In this document: in pieces, positions 41,197 through 54,961 of the stretch | Layout of the letters: every line of letters starts with the position of its first letter | How positions within the stretch are numbered: the first letter of the stretch is position 1 | Assembly: GCF_049554935.1 (NCBI RefSeq) | Contig: NZ_CP186926.1 | Location: 1,350,294 to 1,414,293 of the forward strand | Origin: Methanocaldococcus indicus | Lineage (GTDB): Archaea; AGJL01; Methanococci; Methanococcales; Methanocaldococcaceae | DNA length: 64,000 nt | Direction of reading: 5' to 3' | Translations under genes and position numbers: made by a program | Notes under the pieces: generated by a model | The model's database searches: none | The model's input: only the letters and a program-made list of their open reading frames with translations | Told to the model about the DNA's origin: nothing

Positions 41197-42003
41197 TTGG
41201 GGATTTTTGTGAGAGTTGAAATAGTATTCATTGGAAATGGTGGAGGAAGATGGGCAACAATCACACAAAAAAAACCTACTGGTGGTTTTAGAATTCATAC
41301 AGATGAGTTAAAATTACACATAGACCCAGGACCTGGAGCAATAGTTAGATTAAATCAGCTAAAAATTTCTCCATGGAAAACAAATGCTATATTTGTATCT
41401 CATTGTCATCCTGACCATTATACAGATACTGAGATTTTGATTGAGGCAATGACAGAAGGAATGTTAAAAAAAAGAGGTTATTTAATTGGAAGTTTAACTG
41501 CTATCGAAGGTTTTGGAAAGTATGAAAAAGTTGTATCTGAGTATCATAAAAATATGGTTAAACATTGTTGTGTTCTATATCCAAATGATGAAATAGAGCT
41601 ATATGACACAAAGTTAAAAGCCACTAAAACAAAACATGGAGACCCTTTTGGTATTGGATTTAGATTATATACTAAGTTAGGAGATATTGGTTATACTTCC
41701 GATACAGAGAAAATAGATTCTCTAATTGATGATTTTGATGGAGTTAGAGTTTTAATAGCTAATATAACAAGGATGAAAAATGAAAGAATTAGAGGACATC
41801 TATGCTCAAATGATATTATAGATATTATAAACAGTATGAATAAAAAACCTGGGTTGTTAATTATGAACCATATGGGACTAAAAATGAAAAATCCTAAAAG
41901 AGAAGCTGAATATATCTCAAGAATTTTAGATATTGATGTAGTTCCTGCAAGATATGGTTTAAAAATTGAGCTATTAGATGGAAAATATATTTATAAAATT
42001 TAA
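41197..42003 (+). CDS. MBL-fold metallo-hydrolase
   Basis: [19 protein letters not shown] and GHL motifs. Confidence 0.9.
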   Translation: MGIFVRVEIVFIGNGGGRWATITQKKPTGGFRIHTDELKLHIDPGPGAIVRLNQLKISPWKTNAIFVSHCHPDHYTDTEILIEAMTEGMLKKRGYLIGSLTAIEGFGKYEKVVSEYHKNMVKHCCVLYPNDEIELYDTKLKATKTKHGDPFGIGFRLYTKLGDIGYTSDTEKIDSLIDDFDGVRVLIANITRMKNERIRGHLCSNDIIDIINSMNKKPGLLIMNHMGLKMKNPKREAEYISRILDIDVVPARYGLKIELLDGKYIYKI

Positions 42004-42575
42004 TCTAAATACTCCTTAGTACTGATAATGCCTTTTCTCTCATCTATTTTAGTTGCTATGTCCAAAGCTACACCAAAAGCTTTAAATAAACTCTCTACTT
42101 TATGATGCTCATTTTTTCCTATAACCTCATAATGTATATTTAACTTGCCAAAACTTGCAACTGTTTCAAAAAAATGATTTATATTTTCAGTTGATATCCC
42201 CCCAATAAATTCTCTTTTTGGTTCATAATTGCCTAAACAGTAACTTCTACCTGACAAATCTATTGACATTAATGTTCTTGCATCGTCCATTGGAATTATT
42301 GCCCATCCAAATCTGTAAATATTTTTCTTTTCAATTTTTGATAATGCTAAACCTAAACAGATAGCAACATCTTCAACAGTATGGTGGTCATCAACTTCTA
42401 AATCTCCTTTAACTTTAATTATTAAATCAAAACATCCATGTTTAGAAAAACTTTCTAATAGATGGTCAAAAAATGGAATTCCAGTATCTATTTTATACTT
42501 TCCAGTCCCATCAATATTTATTTTTAAATATACATTTGTTTCTCTTGTCTCCCTAACAACTTCAAAAATTCTCAT
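42000..42575 (-). CDS. hisB: Imidazoleglycerol-phosphate dehydratase
   Basis: [19 protein letters not shown] and NEHHKVE motifs. Confidence 0.96.
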   Translation of the reverse strand: MRIFEVVRETRETNVYLKINIDGTGKYKIDTGIPFFDHLLESFSKHGCFDLIIKVKGDLEVDDHHTVEDVAICLGLALSKIEKKNIYRFGWAIIPMDDARTLMSIDLSGRSYCLGNYEPKREFIGGISTENINHFFETVASFGKLNIHYEVIGKNEHHKVESLFKAFGVALDIATKIDERKGIISTKEYLD

Positions 42576-42658
42576 AACTACTCACCAAAATATATAGTAT
42601 AAATATATGATAAAACAAAAATAAAATTATTAATTACATAATAATATTTAGTGATAAA

Positions 42659-43015
42659 ATGGAACCCTGGAGATTAGAATATACTACAAAATGTTTTAAT
42701 TGTGGAGAAATAGTGCCTCAAATTATTGAAATATATCCTAACCAAGCTTTTGTTGAATGTTCAAATTGTAAAGCAAAAAGATACTACATTATTAGAAGAG
42801 TTGGGATAGAGGATGAATCAATTATTTTAAAAGAAAAAAATAAAGAACATAAATATGATTTGTGGGAATTAGAGTATAAAACAATCTGTTTTAACTGTAA
42901 AAAAGAAAGTATTCAAAAGATTATTTTTACAGAAAGTAAGTTAATTATTAGATGTGAAGAGTGTGGTTTCACCAGAGTTTATAATTTCCATATATTGGAA
43001 ATTCCAGAAGAATAG
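42659..43015 (+). CDS. Double Zn-ribbon protein (internal duplication)
   Basis: Two WxLEYxTxCFNC-x18-CxxC-x3-RxY units. Confidence 0.82.
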   Translation: MEPWRLEYTTKCFNCGEIVPQIIEIYPNQAFVECSNCKAKRYYIIRRVGIEDESIILKEKNKEHKYDLWELEYKTICFNCKKESIQKIIFTESKLIIRCEECGFTRVYNFHILEIPEE

Positions 43016-43021
43016 ATTATA

Positions 43022-43045
43022 GAAAAGTATTTATAGAACTTCAAA
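43022..43045 (+). promoter_or_regulatory. BRE-TATA promoter of cdc48
   Basis: GAAAAG-TATTTATA-GAA...CAAA, 49 nt upstream of the ATG; the first 14 nt are identical to the histone promoter. Confidence 0.65.
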
Positions 43046-43059
43046 GACATAAATAATAA

Positions 43060-45795
<2,736 letters not shown>

Positions 45796-45842
45796 GTCTT
45801 TCTAACAAAACTTTTTTATTTTTAATAATCTAATTTTATTTT

Positions 45843-46088
45843 ATGAAACTAAAAGAATTAATAAATAAAATTATTTGGCATCCTAATTATAATTTGGATG
45901 ATTATGAGTTAATAATCATAGATAGAAGTAAAGAAGATAATAAAAAAGCAATATCTTTAAATTCAATAAAATTGAAAGGTAATTATATAATAATAGGTGA
46001 TACTTACATACCCCTATATAGAATTTTATTGATTAGAAACAAAAAAACTGGTGAGATAATATACAAATCTTCACGTTCTATGGTATAG
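45843..46088 (+). CDS. DUF504 / MJ1316-like putative RNA-repair domain protein
   Basis: LINKIIWHP, IIDR and IPLYRI motifs. Confidence 0.8.
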   Translation: MKLKELINKIIWHPNYNLDDYELIIIDRSKEDNKKAISLNSIKLKGNYIIIGDTYIPLYRILLIRNKKTGEIIYKSSRSMV

Positions 46089-46303
46089 CTTTTTTTATTC
46101 TTTTTAAGTAATCATTTTATGAGGTTATTATATTTATCTAAAAATACTTGTCTCTTTTTATTATTAATCTTTTTTAATACATAAAGTATTTAAACAATTA
46201 AAGAGAATTTTTTTGTGTTATCAATATCAACAATTATTTTTTTGTTTTTCTATAAAATTTATATTTAATCAAATATTAACATATTCAATAAGGAGGGATA
46301 ATT

Positions 46304-47584
46304 TTGATGTATGATGATGAAAAATTTAAGATTAAGGATATTAGAGCAAGAGAGGTTATAGACTCAAGAGGTTTCCCTACTGTTGAAGTTGAAGTAGTAA
46401 CAAAAGGTAATGGTTTTGGTAGAGCAATAGTTCCAAGTGGAGCATCAACAGGAACTCATGAAGCATTAGAATTAAGAGATAAGGAGAAGAGATTTGGAGG
46501 AAGAGGTGTATTATTGGCTGTTGAAAATGTTAATTCAATTATAAAACCTGAATTAATAGATTATGATTCAAGAATGCAAAGGGAGATAGACTATATAATG
46601 ATTGAATTAGATGGAACTGAAAATAAATCAAAACTTGGAGCTAATGCTATTTTAGCTGTCTCCTTAGCTGTTGCCAAAGCTGCTGCAAATACTGCTAATT
46701 TACCTCTTTATAAATATTTAGGAGGATTTAACTCTTATGTTATGCCTGTCCCATTAATGAATATAATAAATGGAGGAAAACATGCTGGAAATGATTTAGA
46801 TATTCAGGAGTTTATGATTATGCCTGTTGGTGCAACATCAATAAGAGAAGCTATAAGAATTGGTTCAGAGGTTTATCATACATTAAAAAATGTTATAAAA
46901 GAAAAATATGGAAAATCTGCTATAAATGTAGGAGATGAGGGAGGTTTTGCACCACCATTAAAAACTTCTGAAGAAGCTCTAAATTTGTTAGTTGAAAGTG
47001 TAAAACAAGCTGGATATGAGGATGATGTTGTTTTTGCATTAGATGCAGCAGCATCTGAATTTTATAAAGATAACTTCTACTATATTGAAGGTAAGAAATT
47101 AACAAGAGATGAGCTTTTAGAATACTATAAAGATTTAGTTAATAGATATCCAATTGTCTCAATTGAAGACCCATTTCATGAGGAAGATTTTGAAGGATTT
47201 AGGTTAATAACTAAGGAGTTAAATATACAGATAGTTGGAGATGATTTATTTACAACTAATGTTAAAAGACTAAAAGAGGGTATTAAACTAAAAGCTGCTA
47301 ATGCCTTATTATTGAAAGTTAATCAGATTGGAACTTTGAGTGAGGCAATTGATGCAGCAGAATTAGCTTTTAGAAATGGTTATAGTGTAATAGTATCACA
47401 TAGAAGTGGAGAGACAGAAGATACTACAATAGCTGATTTATCAGTTGCTCTCAATTCAGGACAAATAAAAACAGGAGCTCCTGCAAGAGGAGAAAGAACA
47501 GCAAAATACAACCAACTAATAAGAATTGAAGAAGAATTAGGTTATTCAAAATATGCTGGAAGAGATTTTAGATGTCCTTTTTAA
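46304..47584 (+). CDS. eno: Enolase
   Basis: [31 protein letters not shown] and AKYNQL motifs. Confidence 0.98.
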   Translation: MMYDDEKFKIKDIRAREVIDSRGFPTVEVEVVTKGNGFGRAIVPSGASTGTHEALELRDKEKRFGGRGVLLAVENVNSIIKPELIDYDSRMQREIDYIMIELDGTENKSKLGANAILAVSLAVAKAAANTANLPLYKYLGGFNSYVMPVPLMNIINGGKHAGNDLDIQEFMIMPVGATSIREAIRIGSEVYHTLKNVIKEKYGKSAINVGDEGGFAPPLKTSEEALNLLVESVKQAGYEDDVVFALDAAASEFYKDNFYYIEGKKLTRDELLEYYKDLVNRYPIVSIEDPFHEEDFEGFRLITKELNIQIVGDDLFTTNVKRLKEGIKLKAANALLLKVNQIGTLSEAIDAAELAFRNGYSVIVSHRSGETEDTTIADLSVALNSGQIKTGAPARGERTAKYNQLIRIEEELGYSKYAGRDFRCPF

Positions 47585-48854
47585 ATCTCATTTTTATAGC
47601 ATCTGCATGATTAATTAATCCTTCTGCCTCTGCTAATGTAATAATAACATCTTTTAACTCTTCTAAACCTTCCTTAGTTAGTTTTTGATATGTTATCTTT
47701 TTTAGAAATGTCTCAACATTTAACCCAGAAGAGAACTTAGCAGCTCCAGAAGTTGGAAGAACGTGGTTAGTTCCTGATGCATAATCTCCAACAGGAACAG
47801 GCGTATATTTTCCTAAGAACACACTTCCAGCATTATCTATTCTATCTAAAATACTTTCTGGATTTTCAATTAATATCTCTAAATGCTCAGGAGCATATTC
47901 ATTAGAAAACTGTATTAAATCATCTAACTCTCCATAAAGAATATATAAATTTTTAAGAGATTCTTTGACTATCTCCTTTCTTTCTACTTTTTCCAATAAA
48001 TTTAATATTTCTTTTTTTATCTCTTCTGCTTTTTGTTTAGAGGTTGTTAAAACTACACAAGAGGCATTAACATCATGCTCAGCTTGGGCTATAATATCAA
48101 TAGCTATATATTTTGAGTTAGATTTTTCATCAGATATTATTAAAACTTCTGAAGGGCCTGCTAAAAAATCTATTCCAACCTCTCCATAAACCAACTTTTT
48201 AGCTAATGTAACATATACATTTCCTGGCCCAACAATTAAATTAACTTTTGGAATAGTTTCAGTTCCATAAGCAAAAGCTCCAATAGCTTGAACTCCACCA
48301 ATTTTGTAAATATCTCTAACACCTACTATATCCCCTGCTATTAAAGTAGCAGGATTACCTTTCCCTTCTTTTGTAGGGGGAGATGTTATACATATCTCTT
48401 TACATCCAGCTACCTTTGCAGGAATAGTAGTCATTAAAACAGAAGAAGGATAAAAAGCTCTACCTCCTGGAACATAGCAGCAAACCTTCTCTATTGGTCT
48501 AACTATTTGTCCTAATGTTCCATAGCTTCTCTCAACTTTTAACTCTTTTATATTTTTTAATTGCTCATTATGGAAATAATAAATATTTTCCTTAGCTTTT
48601 TCTAATGCCTCTACAACACTATAATCAACCAAGTTATAAGCATCTTCTATCTCTTCATTAGAAACTTTAAAGTTATTTAATACTACTTTATCAAACTTTT
48701 CAGTGTAATATCTAACTGCTTCATCTCCTTTCTCTTTAACATCATTTAAAATACTATTGACAACATCAAAAATTTCCTGAAAGTTTAATTTATTTCTATC
48801 AATAATTTTTTCTTTTTCTTCCTTTGAAAGAGAAGAAAGTTTTTTTATTATCAA
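47568..48854 (-). CDS. hisD: Histidinol dehydrogenase
   Basis: YVPGG, GPGN, AGPSE, QAEHD, APEH and GTNHVLPT motifs. Confidence 0.97.
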   Translation of the reverse strand: MIIKKLSSLSKEEKEKIIDRNKLNFQEIFDVVNSILNDVKEKGDEAVRYYTEKFDKVVLNNFKVSNEEIEDAYNLVDYSVVEALEKAKENIYYFHNEQLKNIKELKVERSYGTLGQIVRPIEKVCCYVPGGRAFYPSSVLMTTIPAKVAGCKEICITSPPTKEGKGNPATLIAGDIVGVRDIYKIGGVQAIGAFAYGTETIPKVNLIVGPGNVYVTLAKKLVYGEVGIDFLAGPSEVLIISDEKSNSKYIAIDIIAQAEHDVNASCVVLTTSKQKAEEIKKEILNLLEKVERKEIVKESLKNLYILYGELDDLIQFSNEYAPEHLEILIENPESILDRIDNAGSVFLGKYTPVPVGDYASGTNHVLPTSGAAKFSSGLNVETFLKKITYQKLTKEGLEELKDVIITLAEAEGLINHADAIKMRFKKDI

Positions 48855-48863
48855 AATTTCACC

Positions 48864-50117
48864 TTAAATCTTGTATCTCAAAATTCCAGCCATTCCTTTA
48901 AATCCTTTTAATATAGTAGCCCCTTCTTCAGTTTCTGATGATACAGTTACTAACTTAGTTCCACACATCTCACACAACTCAGAGAGATATTCAATAAAGT
49001 CCTTCTTATCTGCTATATAGAGAGCTCCTCCACACTTTGGACATTCTTGATTTTTTATTGAATCTTCTAACTTTTTTAACTTATCTTTAGTCACAATTTT
49101 TTCCTCTTCATAATCACAATTGTTACACTTAATTTTTATCCAATACTTTTCTAACTCCTCAGAAACTATTAATGTATCCAAAGCACCCATTTCCAAGGCT
49201 CTCATTATTTCCTTTTCCCCATAACAAGCTAAACCATCATCTTTTATAAGTTCTTTTAAAAATCTTTGGACAGCTTCCCTCTCTTTCATTAATTCAACAT
49301 CTTTTAGAAGAGGAGCTGCTTTTTCTAAGAGTTCTCTAACTCCCCACTCTTCTGTATAACATAAATCAAATGTATCTAACACTATTTTTTTAAGTTCATG
49401 ATGTAAATAATCTTTATTTACGAACTCTAACTTTGTGTTTCCAGGACCTCCAACTAATATTCCCTTTAATTTCTTTTCCTGTAAGAGAGGTAGAAATTGC
49501 TCAGTAGCTTTTTGTCCTACTCTTTGTAAGAATTCATGTGCAGCTAAATCAATCAATCTCTCTAACCTTCTTGCTGACTGCCCTCCTGCTTTGAACTTTC
49601 CTGGAACACCACTTGTTAATCTCTTTAAAATTTGGATTTGTCTTCCCTTAACCATTGCTATTGTTGCTTCATTTCTATCAACTAATATGATACCATAAAC
49701 ATCCTTATCCTCTAAAAACTCCTCTAATGGTTCTAAATAAAATTCAGAGCTACATCTATAAATATATGTGTTTATTGGCTCAGGTGGTTCTATGACATAA
49801 GTTTCCATCTTTTCTGTCCCTGGCCCAGATTTAGGTATCATTCCAGCAAAGATAACAACTCCTTTCTCTAATGGTTCTTTTAATAGCTTTAATCTCTGTA
49901 AAATTGATTCAATTGCTGCCTGAACATTTTTTCTTGTACTCTTACTCTTTATGTTTGCAGCTTGACTCATCTCTTCTCTTAAATGCTGAGCTACATCAGA
50001 TATTCTCCTTCCTGCTGGAATATATAAACTTATTAGTTCTGTTCCTTTTCCTTTCTTAGTTTTTAATTCTTTTAATAGTTTTTTTAATGAATATGTTTCT
50101 TGAGCCATTGTAATCAC
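48864..50117 (-). CDS. prf1: Peptide chain release factor aRF1
   Basis: GTELISL, NIKS, YRC and GGQS motifs. Confidence 0.97.
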   Translation of the reverse strand: MITMAQETYSLKKLLKELKTKKGKGTELISLYIPAGRRISDVAQHLREEMSQAANIKSKSTRKNVQAAIESILQRLKLLKEPLEKGVVIFAGMIPKSGPGTEKMETYVIEPPEPINTYIYRCSSEFYLEPLEEFLEDKDVYGIILVDRNEATIAMVKGRQIQILKRLTSGVPGKFKAGGQSARRLERLIDLAAHEFLQRVGQKATEQFLPLLQEKKLKGILVGGPGNTKLEFVNKDYLHHELKKIVLDTFDLCYTEEWGVRELLEKAAPLLKDVELMKEREAVQRFLKELIKDDGLACYGEKEIMRALEMGALDTLIVSEELEKYWIKIKCNNCDYEEEKIVTKDKLKKLEDSIKNQECPKCGGALYIADKKDFIEYLSELCEMCGTKLVTVSSETEEGATILKGFKGMAGILRYKI

Positions 50118-50354
50118 CCTAAATTAATTTAATAAAAAAGAATTTTAATTTAAAAATAAGAAACACTCATTTAAAGTATTATTAAAAATAACAGCAATAA
50201 TTTATATAATTGTTTTTTGAATTATTGGTCTTACATATATTATTAAATTATTATTAGAAATTAAGAATAATCTTCAACAAAAAATATTTATGTATTTTTA
50301 TTCAATATAATCGATTTATGTAAGGTATTTAGTTGATTGCAGTGGTGAAAATTT

Positions 50355-50675
50355 ATGAACATAGAAAAAATAAGAAAAAACTTGATTATTGGATTTATGT
50401 TTTTAGGAATGGGTATTGGAATGTTGTTTAATAAATTTATGTCTGGCTTGTTTGTAGGTTTAGGAATTGGATTTATAATAACTTCATTTATTGGAAAGAA
50501 AGAATTTTCAAATATAAATAAAAGTCCTAAATATGGAAAGTTATTGGTTGGGATATTTTTCTTAGTTATTGGAATAGCGGAATTAATGGGATATGAAATT
50601 CCATGGAGATATATGTCTTCAATAGCTTTACTTCTCATTGGATTGTATTTTATTTTAACTATTTTAGAAAAATAA
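50355..50675 (+). CDS. Small membrane protein
   Basis: GGTGA RBS; about 4 Gly-rich hydrophobic helices. Confidence 0.8.
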   Translation: MNIEKIRKNLIIGFMFLGMGIGMLFNKFMSGLFVGLGIGFIITSFIGKKEFSNINKSPKYGKLLVGIFFLVIGIAELMGYEIPWRYMSSIALLLIGLYFILTILEK

Positions 50676-51078
50676 GCTTACTGACAGTGTGATTATAATA
50701 ATCCGTTCTTTATTAGTTCTTTACTACACTCTTTAATGACTTTATAGAATGATATTCCATTTTTGTAGCTTAAATATAAAAGTATTTAAACTATTAACGA
50801 ATAATTCTTTAAGTGTGGTTAGCATGGGTTTATCACCGTTTTTTAATTTAATAGGGTATTTAAATCGATACTATTTTATTTTTTGAGCTTAAAATCGATA
50901 ATAAGAATTCACATTATCAGTAAAAAATATAAAATACTCAAAATTAGAAAGATTGTAAGTGTTAATAAAAACTTAACTTAATACTTTTTAATAAATTAAA
51001 TAACAATTTTTATATATAATTAATCTTAAAAAAATAATATACCTTAAAAAATAATATACAAAAGCAAAAGGTGAGATT

Positions 51079-51981
51079 ATGGAGATAAATGGAGTATATA
51101 TTGAGGATACATTTGCTGAGGCTTTTCCAATATGGATTGGTAGAGTTTTAATAACTGCTGCTACAAAAAGATGGGCTAAAATAGCTGCTACTGAAGCTAC
51201 TGGTTTTGGAACTTCTGTTATTATGTGTCCCGCTGAGGCAGGAATAGAGAAGTATGTTCCTCCATCAAAAACACCAGATGGAAGACCAGGATTTATAATA
51301 CAAATATGCCATCCTAAAAAGAAAGGATTAGAAGAGCAAATGTTAGAAAGAATAGGGCAATGTGTTTTAACTTGTCCTACAACTGCTGTTTTTAATGCAA
51401 TGGAAGATGCAGATGAAGAATTAAAAGTAGGGTTTAAATTAAAGTTCTTTGGAGATGGATTTGAGAAAAAAGATAAATTAGGAGATAGAACTATATATAA
51501 AATCCCTATTATGGGAGGAGAATTTATAACAGAAAATAAATTTGGAATTAAAAAAGGAGTTGCAGGAGGTAACTTCTTTATTTTAGCTGATACAAATGCA
51601 ACAGCCTTATTAGCTGCTGAAGCAGCAGTAGATGCTATTAGAAATGTTAATGGTGTTATAACACCCTTCCCTGGAGGAATTGTTGCTTCTGGAAGTAAAG
51701 TAGGAGCAAGTAATCCAAAATATAAATTTATGCCAGCTACAACAAACCATAAGATGTGTCCAACATTAAAAGGAGTTGTTGAAGATTCTGAACTTCCAGA
51801 AGATGTAAATGGAGTATATGAAATAGTTATAAATGGTTTAACTGAAGAAGATGTAAAAGAAGCTATGAAACAAGGTATATTAGCAGCAACCAAAGTAAAA
51901 GGAGTTAAAAAAATAACTGCCGGAAACTACGGAGGAAAATTAGGGCCATACCAAATAAAATTAAGAGAATTGTTTGAATAA
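51079..51981 (+). CDS. ftr: Formylmethanofuran--tetrahydromethanopterin N-formyltransferase
   Basis: [27 protein letters not shown] and AGNYGGKLG motifs. Confidence 0.98.
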   Translation: MEINGVYIEDTFAEAFPIWIGRVLITAATKRWAKIAATEATGFGTSVIMCPAEAGIEKYVPPSKTPDGRPGFIIQICHPKKKGLEEQMLERIGQCVLTCPTTAVFNAMEDADEELKVGFKLKFFGDGFEKKDKLGDRTIYKIPIMGGEFITENKFGIKKGVAGGNFFILADTNATALLAAEAAVDAIRNVNGVITPFPGGIVASGSKVGASNPKYKFMPATTNHKMCPTLKGVVEDSELPEDVNGVYEIVINGLTEEDVKEAMKQGILAATKVKGVKKITAGNYGGKLGPYQIKLRELFE

Positions 51982-52025
51982 ATATTTTAACTATTATTAA
52001 CTTTTTTTATTACTTTTGTGAGAGT

Positions 52026-52748
52026 ATGTACTCATTAAAAGATTATCCCATGGTTATTAACAATTTTGATAAAGATATTATATATAAAATACAAAAACTT
52101 GATTATTTAAGTATAATAAAAAATAAAATTAATGATTTAAAAAGAGACTATGAAATAGAGATTCTTTCTGAATTAGACAATAGTATAATGATTGTAGTTG
52201 CTAAATCTTGGATAATTTGTTTTAGAGTTGATAGTAAAATCTGGGTTGAAGTAGCAGATTATAATAAATTTAAAAACTTCAAAAATATTACTTGTAGAGA
52301 GCTTTATAAGTACAAAGATGAAATTGATTATAAATGTAGTTATATAGATATTCCAATTTTAAATGATAGGGCTATAAAAACTATTGAAGAAGAGATTCTA
52401 TCAAACTTTGTTGAGTATATAATTGGTTTATATATACAGTTATCTTTAGATATTGAGACCCATTTAAAAATCTCTGAAGAAAATCTTAACAAGATTATTG
52501 AAAAAATTATTGATATAACTAAAAAACTAAAAGAAAATGATATAATAACTTCTTGGAGTTATGACCAAGATATTAAAGAACTTACAATAACTGGAAAAAA
52601 TAAAATAAAAATTACTTACGTATTTAGAGAGTATGGAATGTTTGTAGAAAATACAAGAACACATACAAGAAGTTTATTGAAGCATACTACAATATTTTAT
52701 GATGTAATTATCCAAGGTTTTTATGTTGCTCTTGAACTTTTATTATAG
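52026..52748 (+). CDS. Hypothetical protein
   Basis: 240-aa ORF with no recognised motif. Confidence 0.7.
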   Translation: MYSLKDYPMVINNFDKDIIYKIQKLDYLSIIKNKINDLKRDYEIEILSELDNSIMIVVAKSWIICFRVDSKIWVEVADYNKFKNFKNITCRELYKYKDEIDYKCSYIDIPILNDRAIKTIEEEILSNFVEYIIGLYIQLSLDIETHLKISEENLNKIIEKIIDITKKLKENDIITSWSYDQDIKELTITGKNKIKITYVFREYGMFVENTRTHTRSLLKHTTIFYDVIIQGFYVALELLL

Positions 52749-52869
52749 ATTTACACTTAGGACATACTACTCTTTTTCCAACTGCAAAAAAATCATAACC
52801 ACATTTACATCTAACTTTTTTTATATATTTTTTTAAATCATCTATCTCAATCTCAATATAAAACTCCAT
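52708..52869 (-). CDS. Small Zn-ribbon protein (53 aa, not in the ORF track)
   Basis: GGAG RBS; MEFYIEIEIDDLKKYIKKVRCKCGYDFFAVGKRVVCPKCKSIIKVQEQHKNLG*. Confidence 0.7.
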   Translation of the reverse strand: MEFYIEIEIDDLKKYIKKVRCKCGYDFFAVGKRVVCPKCKSIIKVQEQHKNLG

Positions 52870-53060
52870 AACATCTCCCTAAGCTAAAATATTTTAAACT
52901 AAATATTAAAATTACATTGTTTTTTATTAAAGTTATATTAAATTCATTTAATATTATATTATTAATTAAGAAATGAAAAGATTTTTATATTACTTATGTG
53001 TTAATAATTTTCATATATTTTGTAATATGTTTTAATAAATATTAAATATATGGTGATAGA

Positions 53061-53723
53061 ATGCATATACCAGATGGATATCTTGGACCAATAACATGTG
53101 CTTTCTTCTATTTGATAATGATTCCAATATGGTATAAAAGTATCTTAGAATTAAAAAAGTTAGACCCAAGAAAATTACCTTTGTTAGGTGTTTTAACAGC
53201 GTTTGCATTTTTAGTTATGATGTTTAACCTTCCAGTTCCTGATGGAACTACTGCTCACATGGTTGGAGGAACTTTAATAGCTATATTAATGGATAATCCT
53301 TGGATTGCAACATTAGCAATTTCAATAGTTTTAGTAATTCAAGCTATATTCTTTGGAGATGGAGGTATTACTTGTATTGGAGCAAACTGTTTCAATATGG
53401 GAGTTGTCTTACCATTTGTAGGATACTACACCTACAAATTCCTAAAAGATAAAGTTGGGGAAATTGTTGCAGCTGGTATTGGAGCTTATGTAGGAATTGT
53501 TACTGCTGCAATTTGTGCAGGTTTTGAATTTGGATTACAACCATTTATTGAACCAGGATACTGTCCATATCCATTCTGGGTTTCAGTTCCAGCAATGGCT
53601 ATAGCACATTTATTGACAGCAGGTCCAGCTGCAGCAGTTGTTACAGCAGTTGTGGTTTGGTATGTTAAGAAAACAAGACCTGATTTATTCACTACAACTG
53701 ACACCCATAAGGTGACAGCATGA
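53061..53723 (+). CDS. cbiM: ECF Ni/Co transporter substrate component (NikM-type N-terminus)
   Basis: MHIPDGYL, GTTAH and GDGGIT motifs. Confidence 0.93.
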   Translation: MHIPDGYLGPITCAFFYLIMIPIWYKSILELKKLDPRKLPLLGVLTAFAFLVMMFNLPVPDGTTAHMVGGTLIAILMDNPWIATLAISIVLVIQAIFFGDGGITCIGANCFNMGVVLPFVGYYTYKFLKDKVGEIVAAGIGAYVGIVTAAICAGFEFGLQPFIEPGYCPYPFWVSVPAMAIAHLLTAGPAAAVVTAVVVWYVKKTRPDLFTTTDTHKVTA

Positions 53724-54061
53724 ACTGGGATGACCCTCTTGTTAAAAAATTTACTTATTTGATAATAGCAATGATCATATTATGTCCATTAGGAATATTG
53801 TTAGTTTGGAATTATGGGGATGCTTGGGGTGAATGGGACCCACATGAATTAGCTGAAAAAGTTGGAGCTAATAAAGTTGCTGGAATGCTACATCTTGCAG
53901 ATATCTGGCACTATGCTCCACTTCCAGATTATGACATTCCTGGATGGGATAACCCATTACATGCATCAATAGGATATATAATATCTGCTATTGTAGGGGT
54001 TATTTTATGTTTTGCTGTTTATTTTGCTCTTGTTAAGTTTGTTAATCCAGCTGCAAAATAA
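53720..54061 (+). CDS. ECF transporter auxiliary component (NikN/PDGLE-like)
   Basis: PLG...AWGEW and APLPDY motifs; two TM helices. Confidence 0.88.
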   Translation: MNWDDPLVKKFTYLIIAMIILCPLGILLVWNYGDAWGEWDPHELAEKVGANKVAGMLHLADIWHYAPLPDYDIPGWDNPLHASIGYIISAIVGVILCFAVYFALVKFVNPAAK

Positions 54062-54115
54062 TATTTAGTTTTTTACTTGCATTTATAATTTAATTTTAAT
54101 AAAACTTTTTTAAAG

Positions 54116-54961
54116 ATGTTTGTTATGAGTGGAAATAAACTGTATGATAAAACTATTGAGCATGTAATTAAATACATAAATGAAAGTATTTTTTTTGAGA
54201 TATACACTAAAAAAGATGGTTTATTACAAAATATTGAAAGTAGGATTAAAATAATATCATTGTTAATATTTTTAATAGGTTCTGTTCTATGTCATCATAT
54301 CTATTCATTAATTATATTCAATTTATTAGCCTTATTTTTAGCTTATTTATCAAAAATACCAATTTTAGTTTATTTAAAAAGAGTATATATATTTATTCCA
54401 ATTTTTGCTGGAATTATAGCATTTCCATTAATCTTTAATTTAGTAACCCCTGGACATGATTTAATTGTTTTATTAAATAATCCACATATTTCAATAACTT
54501 ATGAAGGTTTAAAATATGCTGTTATTTTTACATTGAGAGTAGCTACTTGTGTTTCTTATGCTGTTTTAATACCTATAACAACTCCATGGAATAAGGTTAC
54601 ATTAGCCTTAAAAAAGTTGGGAGTTCCAGATGTAGTTATAACATTAGCAAATTTAGCATATAGATACATATTCTTATTATTAAATCATTTATTAGATATG
54701 ATGTACTCAAGAAAATCAAGAGTAGTAAAAGATATAGGGATGTTAGAAAGTTGAAAGGATGCTGGAAAATCTATGGGAGCTCTTTTTTTGAAAACTTATG
54801 AAATGGGAGAGGATGTATATTACTCTATGATGTCAAGAGGTTATTTAGGTGAAGTTAGATACATATATAATGAAAAAATTAGATTAAAAGATATATGTTT
54901 TTTAATATTTTCAATAGTTGTTACAGCAATTTTAGTATTGTGGGATAAGGGGATATTATGA
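54116..54961 (+). pseudogene. cbiQ: ECF T component CbiQ/NikQ interrupted by an in-frame TGA at 54752-54754
   Basis: Track ORFs 54116-54754 and 54773-54961 share one frame: ...SRKSR...MLES*KDAGKSMGALFLKT...MMSRGY. Confidence 0.85.

Noticed and set aside
50988-51893. 301-aa antisense ORF over ftr
   Set aside because: Shadow frame explained by the codon bias of ftr; no protein motifs.
54752-54754. Selenocysteine codon in cbiQ/nikQ
   Set aside because: The context suggests a Trp position in a non-redox membrane protein, and no GC-rich SECIS-like hairpin is visible downstream. Kept only as a nonsense or readthrough observation.
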